64,000 nt of DNA from Eledone cirrhosa (Eukaryota), in assembly GCA_964016885.1 (NCBI GenBank), contig OZ024743.1, positions 280,364,001-280,428,000 of the forward strand, given 5' to 3'. The notes beneath the pieces were generated by a model that was given only the letters and a program-made list of their open reading frames with translations, was not told the origin of the DNA and did not search any database. Position numbers and translations under genes: made by a program. Shown in pieces: positions 14,207 through 28,700 of this stretch (position 1 is the stretch's first letter; each line of letters begins with the position of its first letter).

Positions 14207-17200
14207 ATTAATATATTTGGTAATGTTGGGTATAGTAATAGTGTTTGTATTAATATATGTGGTAATGTTGGGTATAGTAATGGTGTTTGTATAAATATAT
14301 TTGGTAATATTGGGTATAGTAATAGTGTTTGTATTAATGTATGTGGTAATGTTGGGTATACTAATGGTGTTTGTATTAATGTATGTGGTAATGTTGGGTA
14401 TAGTAATGGTGTTTGTATTAATGTATGTGGTAATGTTAGGTATAGTAATGGTGTTTGTATTAATGTATGTGGTAATGTTGGGTGTAGTAATGGTGTTTTT
14501 ATTAATGTATGTTGTAACGTTGGGTATAGTAATGGTGTTTGTATTAATGTATGTGGTAAGGTTGGGTGTAGTAATGGTGTTTGTATTAATAAATGTGGTA
14601 ATGTTGTGTATAGTAATGGTGTTTGTATTAATATATGTGGTAATGTTGGGTATAGTAATGGTGTTTGTATTAATGTATGTAGTAATGTTGGGTATAGTAA
14701 TGGTGTTTGTATTAATGTATGTGGTAATGTTGGGTGTAGTAATGGTGTTTGTATTAATATATGTGGTAATGTTGGGTGTAGTAATGGTGTTTGTATTAAT
14801 GTATGTGGTAATGTTGGGTATAGTAATGGTGTTTGTATTAATGTATGTGGTAATGTTGGGTGTAGTAATGGTGTTTGTATTAATATATGTGGTAATGTTG
14901 GGTATAGTAATGGTGTTTGTATTAATGTATGTGGTAATGTTGGGTGTAGTAATGGTGTTTGTATTAATGTATGTGGTAATGTTGGGTGTAGTAATGGTGT
15001 TTGTATTAATGTATATGGTAATGTTGGGTGTAGTAATGGTGTTTGTATTAATGTATGTAGTAATGTTGGGTATAGTAATAGTGTTTGTATTAATGAATGT
15101 GGTAATGTTGGGTATAGTAATAGTGTTTGTATTAATATATGTGGTAATGTTGGGTATAGTAATGGTGTTTGTATTAATGTATGTGGTAATGTTGGGTATA
15201 GTAATGGTGTTTGTATTAATATATGTGGTAATGTTGTGTATAGTAATGGTGTTTGTATTAATATATGTGGTAATGTTGGGTATAGTAATGGTGTTTGTAT
15301 TAATATATGTGGTAATGTTGGGTATAGTAATGGTGTTTGTATTAATATATGTGGTAATGTTGTGTATAGTAATGGTGTTTGTATTAATGTATGTGGTAAT
15401 GTTGGGTATAGTAATGGTGTTTGTATTAATGTATGTGGTAATGTTGGGTATAGTAATAGTGTTTGTATTAATATATGTGGTAATGTTGTGTATAGTAATG
15501 GTGTTTGTATTAATGTATGTAGTAATGTTGGGTATAGTAATAGTGTTTGTATTAATGTATGTGGTAATGTTGGGTATAGTAATGGTGTTTGTATTAATGT
15601 ATGTGGTAATGTTGTGTATAGTAATGGTGTTTGTATTAATGTATGTGGTAATGTTGGGTATAGTAATAGTGTTTGTATTAATATATGTGGTAATGTTGGG
15701 TATAGTAATGGTGTTTGTATTAATGTATGTGGTAATGTTGGGTATAGTAATGGTGTTTGTATTAATGTATGTGGTAATGTTGGGTATAGTAATGGTGTTT
15801 GTATTAATGTATGTGGTAATGTTGGGTATAGTAATGGTGTTTGTATTAATGTATGTGGTAATGTTGGGTATAGTAATGGTGTTTGTATTAATATATGTGG
15901 TAATGTTGTGTATAGTAATGGTGTTTGTATTAATATATGTGGTAATGTTGGGTATAGTAATGGTGTTTGTATTAATGTATGTGGTAATGTTGGGTGTAGT
16001 AATGGTGTTTGTATTAATATATGTGGTAATGTTGGGTGTAGTAATGGTGTTTGTATTAATGTATGTGGTAATGTTGGGTATAGTAATGGTGTTTGTATTA
16101 ATGTATGTGGTAATGTTGGGTGTAGTAATGGTGTTTGTATTAATATATGTGGTAATGTTGGGTATAGTAATGGTGTTTGTATTAATGTATGTGGTAATGT
16201 TGGGTGTAGTAATGGTGTTTGTATTAATGTATGTGGTAATGTTGGGTGTAGTAATGGTGTTTGTATTAATGTATATGGTAATGTTGGGTGTAGTAATGGT
16301 GTTTGTATTAATGTATGTAGTAATGTTGGGTATAGTAATAGTGTTTGTATTAATGAATGTGGTAATGTTGGGTATAGTAATAGTGTTTGTATTAATATAT
16401 GTGGTAATGTTGGGTATAGTAATGGTGTTTGTATTAATGTATGTGGTAATGTTGGGTATAGTAATGGTGTTTGTATTAATATATGTGGTAATGTTGTGTA
16501 TAGTAATGGTGTTTGTATTAATATATGTGGTAATGTTGGGTATAGTAATGGTGTTTGTATTAATATATGTGGTAATGTTGGGTATAGTAATGGTGTTTGT
16601 ATTAATATATGTGGTAATGTTGTGTATAGTAATGGTGTTTGTATTAATGTATGTGGTAATGTTGGGTATAGTAATGGTGTTTGTATTAATGTATGTGGTA
16701 ATGTTGGGTATAGTAATAGTGTTTGTATTAATATATGTGGTAATGTTGTGTATAGTAATGGTGTTTGTATTAATGTATGTAGTAATGTTAGGTATAGTAA
16801 TGGTGTTTGTATTAATATATGTGGTAATGTTGGGTATAGTAATGGTGTTTGTATTAATATATGTGGTAATGTTGTGTATAGTAATGGTGTTTGTATTAAT
16901 GTATGTAGTAATTTTAGGTATAGTAATGGTGTTTGTATTAATGTATGTAGTAATGTTGGGTATAGTAATAGTGTTTGTATTAATGTATGTGGTAATGTTG
17001 GGTATAGTAATGGTGTTTGTATTAATGTATGTGGTAATGTTGTGTATAGTAATGGTGTTTGTATTAATGTATGTGGTAATGTTGGGTATAGTAATAGTGT
17101 TTGTATTAATATATGTGGTAATGTTGGGTATAGTAATGGTGTTTGTATTAATGTATGTGGTAATGTTGGGTATAGTAATGGTGTTTGTATTAATGTATGT

Positions 17201-20200
17201 GGTAATGTTGGGTATAGTAATGGTGTTTGTATTAATGTATGTGGTAATGTTGGGTATAGTAATGGTGTTTGTATTAATGTATGTGGTAATGTTGGGTATA
17301 GTAATGGTGTTTGTATTAATATATGTGGTAATGTTGTGTATAGTAATGGTGTTTGTATTAATATATGTGGTAATGTTGGGTATAGTAATGGTGTTTGTAT
17401 TAATGTATGTGGTAATGTTGGGTATAGTAATGGTGTTTGTATTAATGTATGTGGTAATGTTGGGTATAGTAATGGTGTTTGTATTAATGTATGTGGTAAT
17501 GTTGGGTATAGTAATCGTGTTTGTATTAATGTATGTAGTAATGTTGGGTATAGTAATGGTGTTTGTATTAATGTATGTGGTAATGTGGGTATAGTAATGG
17601 TGTTTGTATTAATATATGTGGTAATGTTAGGTATAGTAATGGTTTTTGTATTAATATATGTGGTAATGTTGGGTATAGTAATGGTGTTTGTATTAATATA
17701 CGTGGTAATGTTGGGTATAGTAATAGTGTTTATATTAATATATGTGGTAATGTTGGGTATAGTAATGGTGTTTTTATTAATGTATGTGGTAATGTTGGGT
17801 ATAGTAATGGTGTTTGTATTAATGTATGTGGTAATGTTGGGTATAGTAATAGTGTTTGTATTAATATATGTGGTAATGTTGGGTATAGTAATGGTGTTTG
17901 TATTAATGTATGTGGTAATGTTGGGTATAGTAATAGTGTTTGTATTAATGTATGTGGTAATGTTAGGTATAGTAATGGTGTTTTTATTAATGTATGTGGT
18001 AATGTTGTGTATAGTAATGGTGTTTGTATTAATGTATGTGGTAATGTTGGGTATAGTAATGGTGTTTGTATTAATGTATGTGGTAATGTGGGTATAGTAA
18101 TGGAGTTTGTATTAATATATGTGGTAATGTTAGGTATAGTAATGGTTTTTGTATTAATATATGTGGTAATGTTGGGTATAGTAATGGTGTTTGTATTAAT
18201 ATATGTGGTAATGTTAGGTATAGTAATGGTTTTTGTATTAATATATGTGGTAATGTTGGGTATAGTAATGGTGTTTGTATTAATATATGTGGTAATGTTG
18301 GGTATAGTAATGGTGTTTGTATTAATATATGTGGTAATGTTAGGTATAGTAATGGTTTTTGTATTAATATATGTGGTAATGATGGGTATAGTAATGGTGT
18401 TTGTATTAATATATGTGGTAATGTTAGGTATAGTAATGGTTTTTGTATTAATATATGTGGTAATGTTGGGTATAGTAATGGTGTTTGTATTAATATATGT
18501 GGTAATGTTGGGTATAGTAATGGTGTTTGTATTAATATATGTGGTAATGTTAGGTATAGTAATGGTGTTTGTATTAATGTATGTGGTAACGTTGGGTATA
18601 GTAATGGTGTTTGTATAAATGTATGTGCTAATGTTAGGTATAGTAATGGTGTTTGTATTAATGTATGTGGTAATGTTGGGTATAGTAATGGTGTTTGTAT
18701 TAATATATGTGGTAATGTTAGGTATAGTAATGGTTTTTGTATTAATATATGTGGTAATGTTGTGTATAGTAATGGTGTTTGTATTAATGTATGTAGTAAT
18801 GTTGGGTATAGAAATAGTGTTTGTATTAATATATGTGGTAATGTTAGGTATAGTAATGGTTTTTGTATTAATATATGTGGTAATGTTGTGTATAGTAATG
18901 GTGTTTGTATTAATGTATGTAGTAATGTTGGGTATAGTAATAGTGTTTGTATTAATGTATGTGGTAATGTTGGGTATAGTAATGGTGTTTGTATTAATAT
19001 ATGTGGTAATGTTAGGTATAGTAATGGTTTTTGTATTAATATATGTGGTAATGTTGTGTATAGTAATGGTGTTTGTATTAATGTATGTAGTAATGTTAGG
19101 TATAGTAATGGTGTTTGTATTAATGTATGTGGTAATGTTGGGTATAGTAATGGTGTTTGTATTAATATATGTGGTAATGTTGTGTATAGTAATGGTGTTT
19201 GTATTAATGTATGTAGTAATGTTGGGTATAGTAATAGTGTTTGTATTAATGTATGTGGTAATGTTGGGTATAGTAATGGTGTTTGTATTAATGTATGTGG
19301 TAATGTTGTGTATAGTAATGGTGTTTGTATTAATGTATGTGGTAATGTTGGGTATAGTAATAGTGTTTGTATTAATATATGTGGTAATGTTGGGTACAGT
19401 AATGGTGTTTGTATTAATGTATGTGGTAATGTTGGGTATAGTAATGGTGTTTGTATTAATATATGTGGTAATGTTGTGTATAGTAATGGTGTTTGTATTA
19501 ATATATGTGGTAATGTTAGGTATAGTAATGGTGTTTGTATCAATGTATGTGGTAATGTTGGGTATAGTAATGGTGTTTGTATTAATGTATGTGGTAATGT
19601 TGGGTATAGTAATGGTGTTTGTATTAATGTATGTGGTAATGTTGGGTATAGTAATGGTGTTTGTATCAATGTATGTGGTAATGTTGGGTATAGTAATGGT
19701 GTTTGTATTAATGTATGTGGTAATGTTGGGTATAGTAATGGTGTTTGTATTAATGTATGTGGTAATGTTGGGTATAGTAATGGTGTTTGTATTAATGTAT
19801 GTAGTAATGTTAGGTATAGTAATGGTGTTTGTATTAATGTATGTGGTAATGTTGGGTATAGTAATGGTGTTTGTATTAATATATGTGGTAATGTTGGGTA
19901 TAGTAATGGTGTTTGTATCAATGTATGTGGTAATGTTGGGTATAGTAATGGTGTTGGTATTAATGTATGTGGTAATGTTGGGTATAGTAATGGTGTTTGT
20001 ATTAATGTATGTGGTAATGTTGGGTATAGTAATAGTGTTTGTATTAATGTATGTGGTAATGTTGGGTGTAGTAATGGTGTTTGTATTAATATATGTGGTA
20101 ATGTTGGGTATAGTAATCGTGATTGTATTAATGTATATAGTAATGTTGGGTATAGTAATGGTGTTTGTATTAATGTATGTGGTAATGTGGGTATAGTAAT

Positions 20201-23200
20201 AGTGTTTGTATTAATATATGTGGTAATGTTGGGTGTAGTAATGGTGTTTGTATTAATGTATGGGGTAATGTTGGGTATAGTAATGGTGTTTGTATTAATA
20301 TATGTGGTAATGTTGGGTATAGTAATCGTGATTGTATTAATGTATGTAGTAATGTTGGGTATAGTAATGGTGTTTGTATTAATGTATGTGGTAATGTGGG
20401 TATAGTAATGGAGTTTGTATTAATATATGTGGTAATGTTAGGTATAGTAATGGTTTTTGTATTAATATATGTGGTAATGTTGGGTATAGTAATGGTGTTT
20501 GTATTAATATATGTGGTAATGTTAGGTATAGTAATGGTTTTTGTATTAATATATGTGGTAATGTTGGGTATAGTAATGGTGTTTGTATTAATATATGTGG
20601 TAATGTTGGGTATAGTAATGGTGTTTGTATTAATATATGTGGTAATGTTAGGTATAGTAATGGTTTTTGTATTAATATATGTGGTAATGATGAGTATAGT
20701 AATGGTGTTTGTATTAATATATGTGGTAATGTTAGGTATAGTAATGTTTTTTGTATTAATATATGTGGTAATGTTGGGTATAGTAATGGTGTTTGTATTA
20801 ATATATGTGGTAATGTTGGGTATAGTAATGGTGTTTGTATTAATATATGTGGTAATGTTAGGTATAGTAATGGTGTTTGTATTAATGTATGTGGTAACGT
20901 TGGGTATAGTAATGGTGTTTGTATAAATGTATGTGCTAATGTTAGGTATAGTAATGGTGTTTGTATTAATGTATGTAGTAATGTTGGGTATAGTAATAGT
21001 GTTTGTATTAATATATGTGGTAATGTTAGGTATAGTAATGGTGTTTGTATTAATATATTTGGTAATGTTGGGTATAGTAATAGTGTTTGTATTAATATAT
21101 GTGGTAATGTTGGGTATAGTAATGGTGTTTGTATAAATATATTTGGTAATATTGGGTATAGTAATAGTGTTTGTATTAATGTATGTGGTAATGTTGGGTA
21201 TACTAATGGTGTTTGTATTAATGTATGTGGTAATGTTGGGTATAGTAATGGTGTTTGTATTAATGTATGTGGTAATGTTAGGTATAGTAATGGTGTTTGT
21301 ATTAATGTATGTGGTAATGTTGGGTGTAGTAATGGTGTTTTTATTAATGTATGTTGTAACGTTGGGTATAGTAATGGTGTTTGTATTAATGTATGTGGTA
21401 AGGTTGGGTGTAGTAATGGTGTTTGTATTAATAAATGTGGTAATGTTGTGTATAGTAATGGTGTTTGTATTAATATATGTGGTAATGTTGGGTATAGTAA
21501 TGGTGTTTGTATTAATGTATGTAGTAATGTTGGGTATAGTAATGGTGTTTGTATTAATGTATGTGGTAATGTTGGGTGTAGTAATGGTGTTTGTATTAAT
21601 ATATGTGGTAATGTTGGGTGTAGTAATGGTGTTTGTATTAATGTATGTGGTAATGTTGGGTATAGTAATGGTGTTTGTATTAATGTATGTGGTAATGTTG
21701 GGTGTAGTAATGGTGTTTGTATTAATATATGTGGTAATGTTGGGTATAGTAATGGTGTTTGTATTAATGTATGTGGTAATGTTGGGTGTAGTAATGGTGT
21801 TTGTATTAATGTATGTGGTAATGTTGGGTGTAGTAATGGTGTTTGTATTAATGTATATGGTAATGTTGGGTGTAGTAATGGTGTTTGTATTAATGTATGT
21901 AGTAATGTTGGGTATAGTAATAGTGTTTGTATTAATGAATGTGGTAATGTTGGGTATAGTAATAGTGTTTGTATTAATATATGTGGTAATGTTGGGTATA
22001 GTAATGGTGTTTGTATTAATGTATGTGGTAATGTTGGGTATAGTAATGGTGTTTGTATTAATATATGTGGTAATGTTGTGTATAGTAATGGTGTTTGTAT
22101 TAATATATGTGGTAATGTTGGGTATAGTAATGGTGTTTGTATTAATATATGTGGTAATGTTGGGTATAGTAATGGTGTTTGTATTAATATATGTGGTAAT
22201 GTTGTGTATAGTAATGGTGTTTGTATTAATGTATGTGGTAATGTTGGGTATAGTAATGGTGTTTGTATTAATGTATGTGGTAATGTTGGGTATAGTAATA
22301 GTGTTTGTATTAATATATGTGGTAATGTTGTGCATAGTAATGGTGTTTGTATTAATGTATGTAGTAATGTTAGGTATAGTAATGGTGTTTGTATTAATAT
22401 ATGTGGTAATGTTGGGTATAGTAATGGTGTTTGTATTAATATATGTGGTAATGTTGTGTATAGTAATGGTGTTTGTATTAATGTATGTAGTAATTTTAGG
22501 TATAGTAATGGTGTTTGTATTAATGTATGTAGTAATGTTGGGTATAGTAATAGTGTTTGTATTAATGTATGTGGTAATGTTGGGTATAGTAATGGTGTTT
22601 GTATTAATGTATGTGGTAATGTTGTGTATAGTAATGGTGTTTGTATTAATGTATGTGGTAATGTTGGGTATAGTAATAGTGTTTGTATTAATATATGTGG
22701 TAATGTTGGGTATAGTAATGGTGTTTGTATTAATGTATGTGGTAATGTTGGGTATAGTAATGGTGTTTGTATTAATGTATGTGGTAATGTTGGGTATAGT
22801 AATGGTGTTTGTATTAATGTATGTGGTAATGTTGGGTATAGTAATGGTGTTTGTATTAATGTATGTGGTAATGTTGGGTATAGTAATGGTGTTTGTATTA
22901 ATATATGTGGTAATGTTGTGTATAGTAATGGTGTTTGTATTAATATATGTGGTAATGTTGGGTATAGTAATGGTGTTTGTATTAATGTATGTGGTAATGT
23001 TGGGTATAGTAATGGTGTTTGTATTAATGTATGTGGTAATGTTGGGTATAGTAATGGTGTTTGTATTAATGTATGTGGTAATGTTGGGTATAGTAATCGT
23101 GTTTGTATTAATGTATGTAGTAATGTTGGGTATAGTAATGGTGTTTGTATTAATGTATGTGGTAATGTGGGTATAGTAATGGTGTTTATATTAATATATG

Positions 23201-25780
23201 TGGTAATGTTAGGTATAGTAATGGTTTTTGTATTAATATATGTGGTAATGTTGGGTATAGTAATGGTGTTTGTATTAATATACGTGGTAATGTTGGGTAT
23301 AGTAATAGTGTTTATATTAATATATGTGGTAATGTTGGGTATAGTAATGGTGTTTTTATTAATGTATGTGGTAATGTTGGGTATAGTAATGGTGTTTGTA
23401 TTAATGTATGTGGTAATGTTGGGTATAGTAATAGTGTTTGTATTAATATATGTGGTAATGTTGGGTATAGTAATGGTGTTTGTATTAATGTATGTGGTAA
23501 TGTTGGGTATAGTAATAGTGTTTGTATTAATGTATGTGGTAATGTTAGGTATAGTAATGGTGTTTTTATTAATGTATGTGGTAATGTTGTGTATAGTAAT
23601 GGTGTTTGTATTAATGTATGTGGTAATGTTGGGTATAGTAATGGTGTTTGTATTAATGTATGTGGTAATGTGGGTATAGTAATGGAGTTTGTATTAATAT
23701 ATGTGGTAATGTTAGGTATAGTAATGGTTTTTGTATTAATATATGTGGTAATGTTGGGTATAGTAATGGTGTTTGTATTAATATATGTGGTAATGTTAGG
23801 TATAGTAATGGTTTTTGTATTAATATATGTGGTAATGTTGGGTATAGTAATGGTGTTTGTATTAATATATGTGGTAATGTTGGGTATAGTAATGGTGTTT
23901 GTATTAATATATGTGGTAATGTTAGGTATAGTAATGGTTTTTGTATTAATATATGTGGTAATGATGGGTATAGTAATGGTGTTTGTATTAATATATGTGG
24001 TAATGTTAGGTATAGTAATGGTTTTTGTATTAATATATGTGGTAATGTTGGGTATAGTAATGGTGTTTGTATTAATATATGTGGTAATGTTGGGTATAGT
24101 AATGGTGTTTGTATTAATATATGTGGTAATGTTAGGTATAGTAATGGTGTTTGTATTAATGTATGTGGTAACGTTGGGTATAGTAATGGTGTTTGTATAA
24201 ATGTATGTGCTAATGTTAGGTATAGTAATGGTGTTTGTATTAATGTATGTGGTAATGTTGGGTATAGTAATGGTGTTTGTATTAATATATGTGGTAATGT
24301 TAGGTATAGTAATGGTTTTTGTATTAATATATGTGGTAATGTTGTGTATAGTAATGGTGTTTGTATTAATGTATGTAGTAATGTTGGGTATAGAAATAGT
24401 GTTTGTATTAATATATGTGGTAATGTTAGGTATAGTAATGGTTTTTGTATTAATATATGTGGTAATGTTGTGTATAGTAATGGTGTTTGTATTAATGTAT
24501 GTAGTAATGTTGGGTATAGTAATAGTGTTTGTATTAATGTATGTGGTAATGTTGGGTATAGTAATGGTGTTTGTATTAATATATGTGGTAATGTTAGGTA
24601 TAGTAATGGTTTTTGTATTAATATATGTGGTAATGTTGTGTATAGTAATGGTGTTTGTATTAATGTATGTAGTAATGTTAGGTATAGTAATGGTGTTTGT
24701 ATTAATGTATGTGGTAATGTTGGGTATAGTAATGGTGTTTGTATTAATATATGTGGTAATGTTGTGTATAGTAATGGTGTTTGTATTAATGTATGTAGTA
24801 ATGTTGGGTATAGTAATAGTGTTTGTATTAATGTATGTGGTAATGTTGGGTATAGTAATGGTGTTTGTATTAATGTATGTGGTAATGTTGTGTATAGTAA
24901 TGGTGTTTGTATTAATGTATGTGGTAATGTTGGGTATAGTAATAGTGTTTGTATTAATATATGTGGTGATGTTGGGTACAGTAATGGTGTTTGTATTAAT
25001 GTATGTGGTAATGTTGGGTATAGTAATGGTGTTTGTATTAATATATGTGGTAATGTTGTGTATAGTAATGGTGTTTGTATTAATATATGTGGTAATGTTA
25101 GGTATAGTAATGGTGTTTGTATCAATGTATGTGGTAATGTTGGGTATAGTAATGGTGTTTGTATTAATGTATGTGGTAATGTTGGGTATAGTAATGGTGT
25201 TTGTATTAATGTATGTGGTAATGTTGGGTATAGTAATGGTGTTTGTATCAATGTATGTGGTAATGTTGGGTATAGTAATGGTGTTTGTATTAATGTATGT
25301 GGTAATGTTGGGTATAGTAATGGTGTTTGTATTAATGTATGTGGTAATGTTGGGTATAGTAATGGTGTTTGTATTAATGTATGTAGTAATGTTAGGTATA
25401 GTAATGGTGTTTGTATTAATGTATGTGGTAATGTTGGGTATAGTAATGGTGTTTGTATTAATATATGTGGTAATGTTGGGTATAGTAATGGTGTTTGTAT
25501 CAATGTATGTGGTAATGTTGGGTATAGTAATGGTGTTGGTATTAATGTATGTGGTAATGTTGGGTATAGTAATGGTGTTTGTATTAATGTATGTGGTAAT
25601 GTTGGGTATAGTAATAGTGTTTGTATTAATGTATGTGGTAATGTTGGGTGTAGTAATGGTGTTTGTATTAATATATGTGGTAATGTTGGGTATAGTAATC
25701 GTGATTGTATTAATGTATATAGTAATGTTGGGTATAGTAATGGTGTTTGTATTAATGTATGTGGTAATGTGGGTATAGTA
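14207..25780. repeat. Block duplication: about 14.2-20.2 kb repeated at about 21.05-25.8 kb (offsets 6842, then 5582 bp)
   Basis: ATAAATATATTTGGTAATATTGG occurs at 14291 and 21133 (offset 6842). Deletion monomers and ORF ends pair at 17594/23176, 18097/23679 and 20196/25778 (offset 5582). The 1260-bp difference matches an internal duplication in the first copy (TAATGAATG at 15091 and 16351). Confidence 0.85.
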
Positions 25781-28700
25781 ATAGTGTTTGTATTAATATA
25801 TGTGGTAATGTTGTGTATAGTAATGGTGTTTGTATTAATGTATGTAGTAATGTTGGGTATAGTAATGGTGTTTGTATTAATGTATGTGGTAATGTGGGTA
25901 TAGTAATGGAGTTTGTATTAATATATGTGGTAATGTTAGGTATAGTAATGGTTTTTGTATTAATATATGTGGTAATGTTGGGTATAGTAATGGTGTTTGT
26001 ATTAATATATGTGGTAATGTTAGGTATAGTAATGGTTTTTGTATTAATATATGTGGTAATGTTGGGTATAGTAATGGTGTTTGTATTAATATATGTGGTA
26101 ATGTTGGGTATAGTAATGGTGTTTGTATTAATATATGTGGTAATGTTAGGTATAGTAATGGTTTTTGTATTAATATATGTGGTAATGATGGGTATAGTAA
26201 TGGTGTTTGTATTAATATATGTGGTAATGTTAGGTATAGTAATGTTTTTTGTATTAATATATGTGGTAATGTTGGGTATAGTAATGGTGTTTGTATTAAT
26301 ATATGTGGTAATGTTGGGTATAGTAATGGTGTTTGTATTAATATATGTGGTAATGTTAGGTATAGTAATGGTGTTTGTATTAATGTATGTGGTAACGTTG
26401 GGTATAGTAATGGTGTTTGTATAAATGTATGTGCTAATGTTAGGTATAGTAATGGTGTTTGTATTAATGTATGTAGTAATGTTGGGTATAGTAATAGTGT
26501 TTGTATTAATATATGTGGTAATGTTAGGTATAGTAATGGTTTTTGTATTAATATATGTGGTAATGTTGTGTATAGTAATGGTGTTTGTATTAATGTATGT
26601 AGTAATGTTGGGTATATTAATAGTGTTTGTATTAATGTATGTGGTAATGTTGGGTATAGTAATGGTGTTTGTATTAATGTATGTGGTAATGTTGTGTATA
26701 GTAATGGTGTTTGTATTAATGTATGTGGTAATGTTGGGTATAGTAATGGTGCTTGTATTAATGTATGTGGTAATGTTGGGTATAGTAATGGTGTTTGTAT
26801 TAATATATGTGGTAATGTTGGGTATAGTAATGGTGCTTGTATTAATGTATGTTGTAATGTTGGGTATAGTAATGGTGTTTGTATTAATGTATGTGGTAAT
26901 GTTGGGTATAGTAATAGTGTTTGTATTAATATATGTGGTAATGTTGGGTATAGTAATGGTGTTTGTATTAATGTATGTGGTAATGTTGGGTATAGTAATG
27001 GTGTTTGTATTAATATATGTGGTAATGTTGTGTATAGTAATGGTGTTTGTATTAATATATGTGGTAATGTTGGGTATAGTAATGGTGTTTGTATTAATGT
27101 ATGTGGTAATGTTGGGTATAGTAATGGTGTTTGTATTAATATATGTGGTAATGTTGGGTATAGTAATGGTGTTTGTATTAATATATGTGGTAATGTTGTG
27201 TATAGTAATGGTGTTTGTATTAATGTATGTAGTAATGTTAGGTATAGTAATGGTGTTTGTATTAATGTATGTGGTAATGTTGGGTATAGTAATGGTGTTT
27301 GTATTAATATATGTGGTAATGTTGTGTATAGTAATGGTGTTTGTATTAATGTATGTAGTAATGTTGGGTATAGTAATAGTGTTTGTATTAATGTATGTGG
27401 TAATGTTGGGTATAGTAATGGTGTTTGTATTAATGTATGTGGTAATGTTGTGTATAGTAATGGTGTTTGTATTAATGTATGTGGTAATGTTGGGTATAGT
27501 AATAGTGTTTGTATTAATATATGTGGTAATGTTGGGTACAGTAATGGTGTTTGTATTAATGTATGTGGTAATGTTGGGTATAGTAATGGTGTTTGTATTA
27601 ATATATGTGGTAATGTTGTGTATAGTAATGGTGTTTGTATTAATATATGTGGTAATTTTGGGTATAGTAATGGTGTTTGTATTAATGTATGTGGTAATGT
27701 TGGGTATAGTAGTGGTGTTTGTATCAATGTATGTGGTAATGTTGGGTATAGTAATGGTGTTTGTATTAATGTATGTGGTAATGTTGGGTATAGTAATGGT
27801 GTTTGTATTAATGTATGTGGTAATGTTGGGTATAGTAATGGTGTTTGTATTAATGTATGTAGTAATGTTAGGTATAGTAATGGTGTTGGTATTAATGTAT
27901 GTGGTAATGTTGGGTATAGTAATGGTGTTTGTATTAATGTATGTGGTAATGTTGTGTATAGTAATAGTGTTTGTATTAATGTATGTGGTAATGTTGGGTG
28001 TAGTAATGGTGTTTGTATTAATATATGTGGTAATGTTGGGTATAGTAATCGTGATTGTATTAATGTATGTAGTAATGTTGGGTATAGTAATGGTGTTTGT
28101 ATTAATGTATGTGGTAATGTGGGAATAGTAATAGTGTTTGTATTAATATATGTGGTAATGTTGGGTGTAGTAATGGTGTTTGTATTAATGTATGGGGTAA
28201 TGTTGGGTATAGTAATGGTGTTTGTATTAATATATGTGGTAATGTTGGGTGTAGTAATGGTGTTTGTATTAATATATGTGGTAATGTTGGGTATAGTAAT
28301 CGTGATTGTATTAATGTATGTAGTAATGTTGGGTATAGTAATGGTGTTTGTATTAATGTATGTGGTAATGTGGGTATAGTAATGGAGTTTGTATTAATAT
28401 ATGTGGTAATGTTAGGTATAGTAATTGTTTTTGTATTAATATATGTGGTAATGTTGGGTATAGTAATGGTGTTTGTATTAATATATGTGGTAATGTTAGG
28501 TATAGTAATTGTTTTTGTATTAATATATGTGGTAATGTTGGGTATAGTAATGGTGTTTGTATTAATATATGTGGTAATGTTGGGTATAGTAATGGTGTTT
28601 GTATTAATATATGTGGTAATGTTAGGTATAGTAATGGTTTTTGTATTAATATATGTGGTAATGATGGGTATAGTAATGGTGTTTGTATTAATATATGTGG

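Larger units (their letters stand above)
1..17580. repeat. Left array domain: AAC/AAGG marker cassette, rich in ATATTTGG (G11T) and GGGTGT (A26G) variants, no GTGGG deletion monomers
   Basis: An adjacent GGTAACGTT monomer and GGTAAGGTT monomer recur with the C at 396, 2412, 3672, 5447, 6707, 9815, 11327 and 14518, with one more copy at 21360. The domain boundary is approximate. Confidence 0.8.
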
